The translations under genes were made by a program, and so were the position numbers. A stretch of DNA of 64,000 bases from an uncultured Planctomycetota bacterium (GTDB lineage: Bacteria > Planctomycetota > Planctomycetia > Gemmatales > Gemmataceae), in NCBI GenBank assembly GCA_963849325.1, contig CAWKHF010000005.1, positions 896,001 to 960,000 on the forward strand, written 5' to 3'. Each line of letters begins with the position of its first letter. Positions within the stretch are counted from its first letter, which is position 1. The notes beneath the pieces are model-generated. The model made no database searches and was not told the DNA's origin. It was given only the letters and a program-made list of their open reading frames with translations. This document shows positions 20,700 through 30,737 of this stretch, piece after piece.

Positions 20700-20754
20700 A
20701 GAAGATTTATTGAATTCTTTATCCGTGTTTATCTGTGTTCATCTGTGGTTCATT
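20664..20754. repeat. 40-bp-arm palindrome (ccacagatgaacacagat type), copy 1
   Basis: Perfect arms at 20664-20703 and 20715-20754; related copy at 56000-56141. Confidence 0.92.
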
Positions 20755-21661
20755 TTTTTCTTCCATCTGTCGTTCGATGTTCAGGCCGACGCGCTGGCTC
20801 CACGCCGTCAGCAACCGGCGATACACCGGGCCGGGTTGGCCGTCGCCGAGGGGCGCGTCGTTGATCCTCGTCACCGGCATGAGACAATACGACGTGCTGG
20901 ACAGAAACGCTTCCTCGGCGTGCTCGGCCGCGGACACCGGGATGTCCCGTTCCTCGAACGGGATGCCCAACTCGCCAGCCAATTCGATCACCGTGGCCCG
21001 GCTGATGCCCGGCAGCGTGTTGTCCAGGGTCGGCGACACGAGGACGCCGCGGGCGACCAGGAAGAAGTTGCCGGTACTCGTCTCCGTCACATTGCCGGCC
21101 AGGTCGAGCAGCAGCGCCGACGCCTCGGGGTCGGCGCGATGGACCTCGCGCTCGGCGAGGTAGTAGTGCATCCGGCTGCGGCACTTCATGTTCGCGTCCC
21201 AGCACTGCGGCGGCACCTGGCGGATCGACGGCGTCAGCAGCCGCGTCCCCCTTTTCAGCTTGTCGGCCCACAGGGCGAAGGGCAGCGCGAAGGTGTGGAC
21301 GCAGACGGTCGGACCCGTCCGTGGCGGCCGGCCAACGGCATAGACGGCGTGCTCGCCTGCCGTGACGAAATGCACCAGACCCATCTCGGCCGCATCGTCG
21401 AGCAGTCGGCCATTGTGGGCGAGCAGTTCCAACGAGAACGTCCGTCAGCTCGGCCTTCGAGACGCCCACGTCCATGCCCGTGATGCGGAGGGCGCGGAAA
21501 AGACGGTCGAGATGGTCCTCGAGACGGAACGGCCGCTTGTGAAAGGTGCGCGTCATCTCCGCGACGGTGGCTCCCTGCACGACGCTGGCGTCCCAGAGAG
21601 CCAGATGCGCCTGCCCGGCAGGCACGAGGCGGCCGTTCAGATACACCAGTGGTTCCCTCAT
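20719..21661 (-). CDS. Class IV aminotransferase (IlvE/PabC-like; frameshift near 21435)
   Basis: VYLNG, FRLEDHLDRL, ALLLD..GNVTE....NFF, LPGISR, AEEAFLSST. Confidence 0.9.
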
Positions 21662-22017
21662 CGCATGAACCCCTTGGGTCGCTCGGAGACATTCCTTGTC
21701 TAGTTTGGAGGCTGGAGGGGCCGATTTCCAGTGCAGCCCGCGCATCCCGAGGTGGGAAGCAGCTTGCTCATCCTCTTCGCCGCGAAAAAAGCCGTCAGAT
21801 CGATCAATACTTGCCCAGTCGCGTAGCAGATTGCGGGAGAGAGAAGGGAGCACCCCGCCCGGACGGCCGATGGCGAGCGGCATCGGACCTTTCTTGCCCC
21901 GCTTCGACATCTTGAACTGCAAGTTGAAATGAATTAAATGCTTACGGCTGGTAAACCCCTCGCCGGACTGTTCGCGGACGGCGAGATGGTCGTCGAAGAG
22001 AACTCTGGCTGAACTTT

Positions 22018-22033
22018 TGGCATAACAATTGCA
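22018..22033 (+). promoter_or_regulatory. sigma54-type -24/-12 motif
   Basis: TGGCATAACAATTGCA, with correct GG-N10-GC spacing, in an AT-rich intergenic region. Confidence 0.65.
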
Positions 22034-22410
22034 CCCTCAATCGCTATGAAATGGAGGCGGTTTCGGCTAGTGAAAAAAAATAAATTTGATTACCATGCAA
22101 GTGTGGGCCGCGTTCGGCCGCTACAAACGGACTTTCCAGAGAGGAAATCGGCGGCGAAGGAGTCGCCGCCCGAGATACGAAAGGACTTCGTAAGCTACGG
22201 TTGACAGAGAGAGGTTGCTGCTCCGATTGACCCCCTGCTAGGGTCCACTTTCAAGGAAGCCTCTCGGCGCACGACCCCCGCAAGTTCCGTCTTTCGTCCG
22301 TGTACCCGACATTCGTTTTCGTCTCGTTCCAATGAGGGCTGCCGGTGCGTCGGCGCTGCCTCCGGGCAGCCACGCCGATGCTCCGCGCCGATAGGGCAGG
22401 AGTACGAGGC

Positions 22411-22968
22411 ATGTTCCCGTTGAACTACGCATTGGCCGTGGCCCTGCTGACCGCGGCGCCGGACCAGGTCGAGTTGCCGGCCGCCGCCGAGGAGTTCGCC
22501 ACCGTCCGGCCGACGTTGCAGCGCGTCGCCATTTCCTGGGAAATCCTCGACCCACGCGAGGTCCGCTACGTGCTCACCCGGACGGAGGACTTCGGCGCCG
22601 ACTTGAAGCTTCTGCGCCGCCGCTATCAGGATCTCCTCGATGCTCCACCGCTGTGCGACGGCATGCGTTTCCCCGACCGCAGCCTCATCAACGAGTTGCT
22701 GTCGTTCAATCGCGCCTACCGCCAGCACCTCGACAGCCGGCAGGCGCTGGACCCGACCGGCTGGTGGGAACTGCACGAGGCGATGCAAGAATCGGATCGG
22801 CTGTACCAGATTTGGGACACCGTCCGCGATGCGCGCTGCGATTACTACTATGTGACGGTTCGGCGGCAGGCGCTGAAGAAGCTGCGCGAGGCGATCGGAG
22901 AACAGGCCTACTATTCCGGCTGCCTGCCGCCGCACGTGCCCATCTGGCGCTTCGCCCGCATCGACTGA
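22411..22968 (+). CDS. Hypothetical protein with a hydrophobic N-terminus
   Basis: 185 aa, high GC3, WEILD.RE, WD.VRDAR...YY motifs; no family recognised. Confidence 0.75.
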   Translation: MFPLNYALAVALLTAAPDQVELPAAAEEFATVRPTLQRVAISWEILDPREVRYVLTRTEDFGADLKLLRRRYQDLLDAPPLCDGMRFPDRSLINELLSFNRAYRQHLDSRQALDPTGWWELHEAMQESDRLYQIWDTVRDARCDYYYVTVRRQALKKLREAIGEQAYYSGCLPPHVPIWRFARID

Positions 22969-22986
22969 TCGATCCAGCCGCATTCT

Positions 22987-23043
22987 CCGAGCCGCGAGCG
23001 TGAGCGAGCGGAACTGGTTCGCTCGCTAACGCTCGCGGCTCGG
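22987..23043. repeat. REP-like palindrome
   Basis: ccgagccgcgagcgtgagcgagc / gctcgctaacgctcgcggctcgg between convergent genes. Confidence 0.8.
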
Positions 23044-23055
23044 CTTCCGCGCGGG

Positions 23056-23361
23056 TCAGACATCGACCTGTACCTCGTCGCCGACGACCTGGACCTTGTA
23101 GCAAGCCACATCGCTGCGGGCCGGCGGCGACAGGTGGGCGCCGGTGGTGACGTCGAAGGTGGCGCCGTGCCACGGGCAAGTGACGTGATGTCCCTCGATT
23201 TCTCCCTCCCAGAGCGACGCGCCGCGGTGCGGACAGGTATCGTCAATGGCGTGGAAGGTGCCGTTGACGTTGAACAGCGCCAGTGTCTTGCCGGCCACCT
23301 TCACCTGCCGGGACTTGCCCGCGGGCACTTCGGACACCGTGACTACTTTCACGAACGCCAT
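23056..23361 (-). CDS. Rieske-type [2Fe-2S] ferredoxin
   Basis: CPH...L..G......CPWHG..FD. Confidence 0.93.
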   Translation of the reverse strand: MAFVKVVTVSEVPAGKSRQVKVAGKTLALFNVNGTFHAIDDTCPHRGASLWEGEIEGHHVTCPWHGATFDVTTGAHLSPPARSDVACYKVQVVGDEVQVDV

Positions 23362-23453
23362 CGCCGGCCCTCCCCACTCGAGCACTTGTCCACCGATCTT
23401 ATTGTGGCGAACGCCGGCAGGCCCGGCAACGCCGTTCAGACGACCGGCGGACC

Positions 23454-23978
23454 TCACTCGCTAGGACGGTCCCAACGGGGAGCCTGGACGACGCGCAGTC
23501 GCTCAGCGAGGGCACGGCCATTCACGCGGACGGCGATTTCTTCGTGGTAGCGGATGCCGCGCAGTCGCCATTCTTTTCGAGACCCCAGTTCTTTCCAATC
23601 CAGGATGAGACGACCGCTGTCTTGTAAGATGTTCTCACCGAGGGTTTGTCGCTGCCGGGACCAGGTGTTCGCATCGACGCGGGCGGCCAGCGCCTGGAGC
23701 AAGGCGGTACGCAGGGCGTCGCGGATGGCCTCCTCGGACGTCCAACCCGTCCCCTGAGCGATAACGCAGACAACCTCGCCGGGCGAGAGGGGAGCCGAGG
23801 ACGGCGAAGGGGACCGAGGCGTTTCTTCCTTGAGAGAGGAAGGTCGGGCCTCGGCAGCTGGTTTCGTTCCCTCGCCGTGAATGTCCCGCACGGCCATGTC
23901 CACCACCACGGGGGCGATGATGCTCGTGAAAACGACGGCGAGGAATTTCCCAAAACATCCCTGGATCTTGGCGATCAT
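23454..23978 (-). CDS. Hypothetical membrane-anchored protein
   Basis: RBS ggaggag; N-terminal hydrophobic segment; AQG.G.T.EEA..DALR.AL. Confidence 0.6.
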   Translation of the reverse strand: MIAKIQGCFGKFLAVVFTSIIAPVVVDMAVRDIHGEGTKPAAEARPSSLKEETPRSPSPSSAPLSPGEVVCVIAQGTGWTSEEAIRDALRTALLQALAARVDANTWSRQRQTLGENILQDSGRLILDWKELGSRKEWRLRGIRYHEEIAVRVNGRALAERLRVVQAPRWDRPSE

Positions 23979-24204
23979 GACTTCTCCTCCCTGAAACGGT
24001 CCCAATCGTTAGCGATTCGATGTGGATAAAACAGGCAAGTGCCATACCGGCTCGTGCCACGGCACTCCGGGCGCGGACATTCTCGGCCGCGAAGGCGCGG
24101 ATTGTAACGATTACGGCGAATCGAGAGAGGGAGAGGAGACGGGAAGAAGGCGTGACCTCGACCGGACGACATCACCCGCCAGCGCGGCGCGGCTGGCCCA
24201 GGAT

Positions 24205-24323
24205 GGCGAACGGCCGGCGTAAGCCGGCTGGTGGGATCCACACTAGCCGGCTTACGCCGGCCGTTCGCCCCGTAAGCCGGCTGGTGGGATCCACACTAGC
24301 CGGCTTACGCCGGCCGTTCGCCC
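24205..24323. repeat. REP-like palindrome with a perfect 53-bp tandem duplication
   Basis: 24218-24270 is identical to 24271-24323; the first copy is part of hairpin 24205-24269. Confidence 0.88.
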
Positions 24324-24327
24324 TGAA

Positions 24328-25209
24328 TTATCGCACCTCGATTTCCAGCGTCGGCAGATCGAGCTGGCCCTTCCAGGCAATTTTTTGGTACGTCTCGGTC
24401 TCTGGGGACGAGACGGCGAACCTCCCGTGCAGGATGTACCTGCCAGGCTTCAATTCCCAGCACTGCATGGTGGGCAGGAGCGCCAGGTGCGCTCCCGGCC
24501 CGGCCGAGATGCCAATACCGTAGTCGTACAGCGAGAATCCCAGGTAGCAGCCACGCGGCAAGACGCCCCACTGCGGACCTGGCACGGGGCCGCTCCGCGC
24601 CAGCGGCATCTGCTGGGGTATGGGAGTTCCATCGAGGTTGAGCAACCGCACGCGCACCGATGCCGGATCGTTCCGCACCGCCAGCGGTCCCGTGGAGACG
24701 TTCTTCAACTCGACGTACAGGTCGATGATCTCCCTGCCGTTGCTGCGCGGTCGTGCGCGCCGAACCAGCCGGCCGCGCAGTCCGGAGACCGCCTCCGACC
24801 AGCCAGCGTCGGCCTCCCGGTCTGCGTTCCTGGCGAGGAGATCGTCGAGATATTTCTTCAGCCCAGTCTTCGCTTGCCAGTCGCCGTTGCCGTGCCCTTC
24901 CGACCAGACCTTGCCATCGGGGTCCACGGAAACCAGGATCGGAGCGCCCTCGGCGGGGACGAATTTCAGGCGATACCCCGGCCTCCAGCCGCCCGCGATG
25001 TCGGACTTCTTGCCCTGTCCCACACCGGGGAAGAAGCCGGCAATCTGGGCAAGCGTCTCTCGATCAGTGACGACGATCGCCTTGTCGCGGCCGCCCCGAG
25101 GCGAGAGGCGCTCGACCTCGATCTTGTCGAAGCGCGGTCCGTCCTTGGCGGGACCACCGCAGCCGAACGAGAGCAGAACCGCTGCGGCCGTCAGAGCGAT
25201 TTTTTTCAT
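24328..25209 (-). CDS. Hypothetical lipoprotein
   Basis: MKKIALTAAAVLLSFGC lipobox; WSEAVSGLRGRL...LYVELKNVS. Confidence 0.7.
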   Translation of the reverse strand: MKKIALTAAAVLLSFGCGGPAKDGPRFDKIEVERLSPRGGRDKAIVVTDRETLAQIAGFFPGVGQGKKSDIAGGWRPGYRLKFVPAEGAPILVSVDPDGKVWSEGHGNGDWQAKTGLKKYLDDLLARNADREADAGWSEAVSGLRGRLVRRARPRSNGREIIDLYVELKNVSTGPLAVRNDPASVRVRLLNLDGTPIPQQMPLARSGPVPGPQWGVLPRGCYLGFSLYDYGIGISAGPGAHLALLPTMQCWELKPGRYILHGRFAVSSPETETYQKIAWKGQLDLPTLEIEVR

Positions 25210-25241
25210 CCTCTTTCTCCTTATTCCCTGAAAGGATCGAC

Positions 25242-28200
25242 TCAGACCGCCGGCGCGGCGGGGCTGGTCCGGCGGCGCATCCGCAGGAACAGCCGATAGA
25301 CCGCCCAGATCACCAGCACCCAGGGCAGGATAACGCAAACACCGACGATCAGGAACATCAGGCTCCAGGACAGGGCCGCGAAGCTGAACGACAGTCCGCC
25401 CGGATCTTCGGCCACAACCCTTCGTCGCCGGCCACGATCAGCTGCTTGTTCAACAGCGTCACGTCCAGGCGAGCGATGGCCAGGGCGCTATCGGGCACTT
25501 CCGGGTGCTTGGCCGACTGCTGCACGCGCACGGTGCCGGCCGACTTCAGCCGATCGAGCAGCTCGTGGACCTTCGCCAGCGGCACGTCGTAAACCAGTTT
25601 GCCGGTGACGCGGCCGTTGCGCTCGCGCGATACGTTCGACTCGACGGTTCGGCCCTGACGCTCGCCGACCAGCGCCGACAGCATGGCCGCGGTCTGGTCC
25701 ACGTCGGACACCTCGACGCCGAACACGAACGTCTCGCGCGGCGGAATGGCGGCCTGATTGATGAGCGTCGAGCTGCCAGTGGACCTTGCTGTCGAGGACG
25801 TTGTCGCCCTCCGGCGCCCGCGTCACGTGACGGGTGTAAATGTCGCCGGCGGCGGCGAGGGCGGCGCGGAGCACGGCCTCTTCCGAACGACGGACCTCGA
25901 AGTCGAGCGTCGCGGTGACGTTCTGCCGATTCTGCTCGTTGAGCTGAGCGTTCATCATGCGTCCCTTGACCTTGGCGACGGCTTCCTGCACGGCGCGATA
26001 GCCCGCCGCCACGTCCGCCGAGGCGATCTGAACCACGTCGGTTTCGCGGGCCGTCACCGCGCCCATCGGCCACAGCTGCACGCGGAAGCCGCGCTTCTTG
26101 CGCGTGGTGTTCGGGACGTCGGGGTTCTCGGTCACTTGCAGACGCATCACTTCGCCGGCCGCCTTGACGTCGTCCAGCACGGCGTCGGCCAGGCTGCTTT
26201 TGACCTCGAGCTGAACATCGCTCTGCGTCTGATTGGTGTGGTTGCTGTTGAAGTTGGAGGCGAGGACGCGGCCGGCCGCCTTGTCCACGCGGGCCAGCAA
26301 TGTTTTCAGCACGGCCTCCACGTCCACGCAAGCCAGGTTGACGATCACCGTCTCGCGCGGCGCCACGTTGACCAGGTTGTAGAACGACACGATAAAAACG
26401 CTGTCTTTGCGCTTGGTCTTGCCGTCGGCCGGCTTGCCGCTGCCGCCCTCGGTCTCCTCCAGCCGATCGATGTCGAGCCGGGCCACGGTGCCTAGCTGCT
26501 TGAGGTGATCGCGCAGCGGCCCCGCCGCGTCCGGCGATACCTCGAACTGCAAGACCGCGGCGAACTGTCCCGCCGAGTGCTGCTTCATCTCCGAGCGCGT
26601 GATGCGTCCCTTGGCCTCGCGCACCGCCTTCTGCGCCGCCTGGAACGCCTGGTCCACGTCGTCCGCCTCGATGCCCATCTGAATGCGCTCGCGCTCGATG
26701 ACGCCGGAAGGGGCCTGGATCTCCTTCTCGTACAGGGTAATCGTCAACGTGCTGAGGGCGACCTGGTTGGCGTAGTAGCGCAGCTCGCCCTCGATCTGCT
26801 CGATGCGTTCGCGCCAGTTGCCCAGCTCCTTCTCGACGGCGAGCAAGTCCTTGATCTCGCCCTTGCCGCTCTTGATGATTTGCAGCAGCCGCTCTTCCAT
26901 CGCACGGGCGGCCCGCAGGCGGCTCTCCAGGTCGGTGTACTGCTTGGTGATGTCCTGGCTGCCGATGCGCTGGTTCTTCAGTTCGCCGCCCTTGCCGAGG
27001 TCGGTGCGCAGGTCGAGCAAGAGGGCGTCGAGGCTCTCCGGCGGCACGCGGACGACGACGGTGCCGCGCACCTTGCCGTTGGCCAGCTTGTCGCTGTTGA
27101 CGGTGGCGAGGAAGCCGCCCTTGATGTTCTTGAGCAGGCGCGTGATGGTCGCCACGGCGGCGTCGAACGATTGGACTTCATACTCGACCTCGCCGGTGCG
27201 GATGACGATCTTGCGCGGGCCGGCCTGGGCGTCGGGCTTGTCGGGCGACTTGGGTGTACCCTTGCGTGCCTCCGCTTTGTCTCGGCCGCTCTGATCCGGG
27301 CTGCTCGTACTCGATGGTTTCTGGGCCGAGGCGACGGCCGACGGCTCGTCCTTCGGCGAGCTTCGCCAACTCCTTTACGTCCAGCAGCTGGCTCGGGGCG
27401 AAGTAGCCGCGTAGCAGTGGGTTCGCATTGACCTTGGCCGGTGCCGTGGTGGGCGTGGCGGTCGCGGCGAGAGAAGGAGTATAGGAGTAATAAGGTGTAT
27501 TTTGGGGTGGAATGCCCGCTGGGCCGGGCATACCGCCCATCATGCCCATACCACCGCCTGCCATGCCCATCATGCCGGCCGGCATACGGCCATCCCCCAT
27601 CATCACGCTGCCTCCCGGCGGCATTGGCCCGTTCATCACGCCGCCTCCCGGCGGCATCGGCCCGTTGACGTGCGTCTGGTCAACGGGTTTCTCAGCCGAT
27701 GTTATCGTGTTGGAGGTTCTGCTTTGTATCGTCGAGGTAGCTTTCTCGCTCAATGCTTGAACCGGAGGATGGTAGCCGAGGTTGTTGTTTACCTGGTCCA
27801 AATTTTTCACATCCCCTCCAGCATCAAGTCGCCCTATAGCAGACTCGCGTGAGGCTCGCGCCATCTCGTCCACGTCCTGGCCATCTCCCAGGGACACACC
27901 GCGCTGGAAAGCGCCTGCGGACCACGCCACGCCGGAAACGATAGGCCGCTGGATACGAGCAATTGACTCACTCCGGCACCGGTGAGGGCGAGCAGCACCA
28001 CGGCCGCCGCCGCAAAAACGAACCACCCCGGCACGGGCAGACGCCATGCGGACTCTTGCGTTCGTGTCCGCAGCGATTGAATGACGCGATCCTCCAGGGC
28101 CGGACCCGGTCGCGCCGCGGCGAACAACCCGGACAGCGCGGCGTCCACGTCGCTGGCGGCGACTAGGGCGGCGGCACAGGAGGCACACTCGGCCGTGTGC

Positions 28201-28289
28201 TGGTCGAGGCGCTCGCGCTCGGCCGGCTCCAGGCCGTCGGCCAGGTACGCAGCGAGGTTCTCCACAACCCAGGCATGATCGGACATCAC
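25242..28289 (-). CDS. Large putative anti-sigma factor: zf-HC2 + TM + low-complexity linker + tandem DUF4349-like repeats + C-terminal TM (several indels)
   Basis: LAAYLADGL...E..RLDQHTAECASC; VVRVPPE.LD, SQDITKQYTDLESRL, LLAVEKEL...RE.IEQIEGELRY...VALSTLTITL; hydrophobic tail before TGA at 25242. Confidence 0.75.
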
Positions 28290-28302
28290 GGTATCTCCTC
28301 AC

Positions 28303-28369
28303 CGTTTAGCCGCGACGCGCAGCGGAGCGCGGGCTTTTCCCGCGCTCCGCTGCGCGTCGCGGCTAAACG
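28303..28369. repeat. 67-bp REP-like palindrome, copy 1
   Basis: cgtttagccgcgacgcgcagcggagcgcggg / cccgcgctccgctgcgcgtcgcggctaaacg; same arms at 61104-61170. Confidence 0.92.
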
Positions 28370-28371
28370 AG

Positions 28372-28947
28372 TCATCGTGTCTTCTCGCGCAGTTCCGCGG
28401 GTAGCCTCTCCTGCAACAGTTTCAAACCACGGTGCAGCAGACCGCGCAGCGAACCGTTGGTGACACCCATTTGCAGTTGAATGGTTTCGTAGTCGGCGCC
28501 CGTCAGATAGCGTAGCGTCAACGGCAGACGATATTCCTCGGGCAGCGAGCGTAGCACGGCCAGGACTTGCGCCCGCGTCTCTCCGCGGACAGCCTGCTCC
28601 TCGGGGCGAGGCGAGCGGTCCTCGACGTGGGCCAGGGCCGCCATCCCACTCCGCACCGACCCGGCGCGTTTCTGTCGCAGTTCACGGCGGACGGCATCGG
28701 TGTGGACATTCTGGGCAATGGTCAGCAGCCAGCCGCGAAACGCCTTCGGTTCGCTCAGCTTGCCCAGCGAGCGGAAGGCGGTCAGCAGCGTCTCTTGCAG
28801 CAGATCCTCGGCGCGATGGGCGTCGCCTACCTCCAGGTACAGCCGAGCGAAGATCAGGCGCGAGGTACGGCGAACCAGTTCCTCGAACGCGGATCGATCG
28901 CCGCTCCGAGCACGCAGCACCAGGACTTCTTCGGAATCGATCATCAT
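28372..28947 (-). CDS. ECF sigma-70 factor
   Basis: GDRSAFEELVRR, AEDLLQETLL.AFRSL, FRGWLLTIA.N, LPEEYR..LTLRY..G..YE.I. Confidence 0.93.
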   Translation of the reverse strand: MMIDSEEVLVLRARSGDRSAFEELVRRTSRLIFARLYLEVGDAHRAEDLLQETLLTAFRSLGKLSEPKAFRGWLLTIAQNVHTDAVRRELRQKRAGSVRSGMAALAHVEDRSPRPEEQAVRGETRAQVLAVLRSLPEEYRLPLTLRYLTGADYETIQLQMGVTNGSLRGLLHRGLKLLQERLPAELREKTR

Positions 28948-29159
28948 GTCTCCACTGATGGTAGACGCGATTCCGCCGCCCAGCGCGCAAAAAGGGAAAC
29001 CACTCCGACGCCGCGCGAATTATCCGTCACGACCGTTTCCCTCGGCACAAGGCGAGGCCACGGAAGGACCGGAGCGGCTCGCCAGGGTGCAGGCGCGGCC
29101 GCGCGGCCGTCGATCCAGTGTTAGAACTTGGCGAGTGGAGGGGAAGTAAGGAGAGGGCG

Positions 29160-29444
29160 ATGTTGCGGCCGCTGGCGATCCTTGTACTACTCACCTCGGC
29201 GGTCGGTCCCTGCGCCGCGGAATGGTCTCCGGGACAGGGGCGCATCTGGATCGGGCCGCCGGCCAATCCCGAACGCTATTCCCGCTTCGCCACCGACAAC
29301 GGCATCCCCGGCACCGGGCATTACGCCTACTTCGATTACAACTGGCCGTCGCTGCGCCAGGCGCTGGACCAGTATGGCCTGTTCGGACGACGGGTGCGGG
29401 GACCAAAGAGGAGTAGTGTTAGCCGGCCTCTTCCGGCTCAATGA
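29160..29444 (+). CDS. Small exported hypothetical protein
   Basis: RBS aggag; signal-peptide-like start; Tyr/Gly-rich body. Confidence 0.5.
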   Translation: MLRPLAILVLLTSAVGPCAAEWSPGQGRIWIGPPANPERYSRFATDNGIPGTGHYAYFDYNWPSLRQALDQYGLFGRRVRGPKRSSVSRPLPAQ

Positions 29445-29931
29445 CGAGTACGAAGCCATCCCACCAGGAGAGGAAGCGCTTCAGCGGCATGGTGCGGATG
29501 CGGCCGTCCGCGTCGTTGGAGTCGATGACGCGCACTTCGTCGGGACCGTAATCGACCAGGGTGACGATGTGCCGTCCCGCTCCGGGTCGGCGTTCGCGGA
29601 AACCGACGAGGGCGCCCTGTTTCTCGCGCACCGCGTAGCGGAGAAGGTTCTTATCGCGGCAGCCGGGATCCTGGACCATGTAGTTGACATCGACTTCGTC
29701 CAGGGCCGCTTCCAGGTCTTCGGGACGAGCGGGGCTTGTGTGCTTGTCGGCCAGGTGGTAGAGGTCGGTGATGCCGTGATAGCGGGCCAGCGTCTCCAGG
29801 GCGCACCAGCCGCAACGCTGTCCGGGAAGGTCGCGGACCCGGCAAGCCAGCGGAATCGGCACCTCGGCATGTAGGGCAGCAGGGAGGAGAAGAGCGGCGA
29901 GGAAAAGTATCTCACGCAAACACAGGCACAT
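29419..29931 (-). CDS. Papain-like / C39-like cysteine peptidase, exported
   Basis: CGWCALETLARY...HIVTLV...VIDSN (Cys-His-Asp order). Confidence 0.7.
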   Translation of the reverse strand: MCLCLREILFLAALLLPAALHAEVPIPLACRVRDLPGQRCGWCALETLARYHGITDLYHLADKHTSPARPEDLEAALDEVDVNYMVQDPGCRDKNLLRYAVREKQGALVGFRERRPGAGRHIVTLVDYGPDEVRVIDSNDADGRIRTMPLKRFLSWWDGFVLVIEPEEAG

Positions 29932-30110
29932 AGACTCGCCCAGCAACCTGACTTATCACGACTTGTGCAGGTTATCGAGGAAATGTGAAGATTTGATTTG
30001 GAAAAGAAGTGAGCATTGCGTAAAGTAAAAGAGGAAATGGTGGGACGATCTACCTACCAGCCCGGAGCGCCAGCGACGGGTTAGTAGGTAGACAAAGCGA
30101 GGATGTCGTC

Positions 30111-30727
30111 ATGTGGCGAAACGGAACATCGCGGTGGTTCCGGTCCTTCGGGGCGGTGGGACTGTTGGTCCTCGCCGTTTCGCCGGCCCTGGCCCAGTCT
30201 CCGTCTCGTCCGCTTCTCTACTATTATTTCCTCCCCGGCGTCGGCTACGTGCCGGTGTACGCCCCGGCCCCGGCTGCCGCCGCTCCGAAGTCCAGCCCCA
30301 GTTACGGGGCGGAAGCTCCACGAGCCGGAGAGCCGGACTACTACGAGGAAGATTACCCCAACGCGCCGCCGGACAAGCCCGACGAGAAGATGCCGGCCCG
30401 CATCCGCGTCCGCTTGCCGGCCAACGCTGAGCTGCTCATCAACGGCCAGAAGACGACCTCGACCGGGCCGGTGCGCGAGTTCGAGACGCCGGAGTTGAAT
30501 CCCGATCGCGTCTATACGTATGTCATGCGGGCACGCTGGACGGAGGGCAGCCTCACGGTAGAGAAAAGCCTGAAGGTGCGTACCCTGTCCGGCAAGCGCG
30601 TGACGGTCAACTTCGTATCGCCGGCACGGGAACGCCCGCCGCGCAACCCGTTGTCCGCGTCTCCGCGACGGAGACACCGTCGAACCCAGCGCCGTCGCCC
30701 TCGCGGTGGTCGGCCCCTTATCCGTAG
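30111..30727 (+). CDS. TIGR03000-like planctomycete domain protein (probable frameshift near 30640)
   Basis: ARIRVRLPANAEL.I.G..T.STG.VREF.TP.L.P...Y.Y...ARW; alternative-frame stop TAG at 30727. Confidence 0.8.
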
Positions 30728-30737
30728 CCGCCAGCCC

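Noticed and set aside
5857-24323. Repeats at 5857, 20664 and 24205 as CRISPR arrays
   Set aside because: They are inverted or directly tandem with no unique spacers, and there are no cas genes
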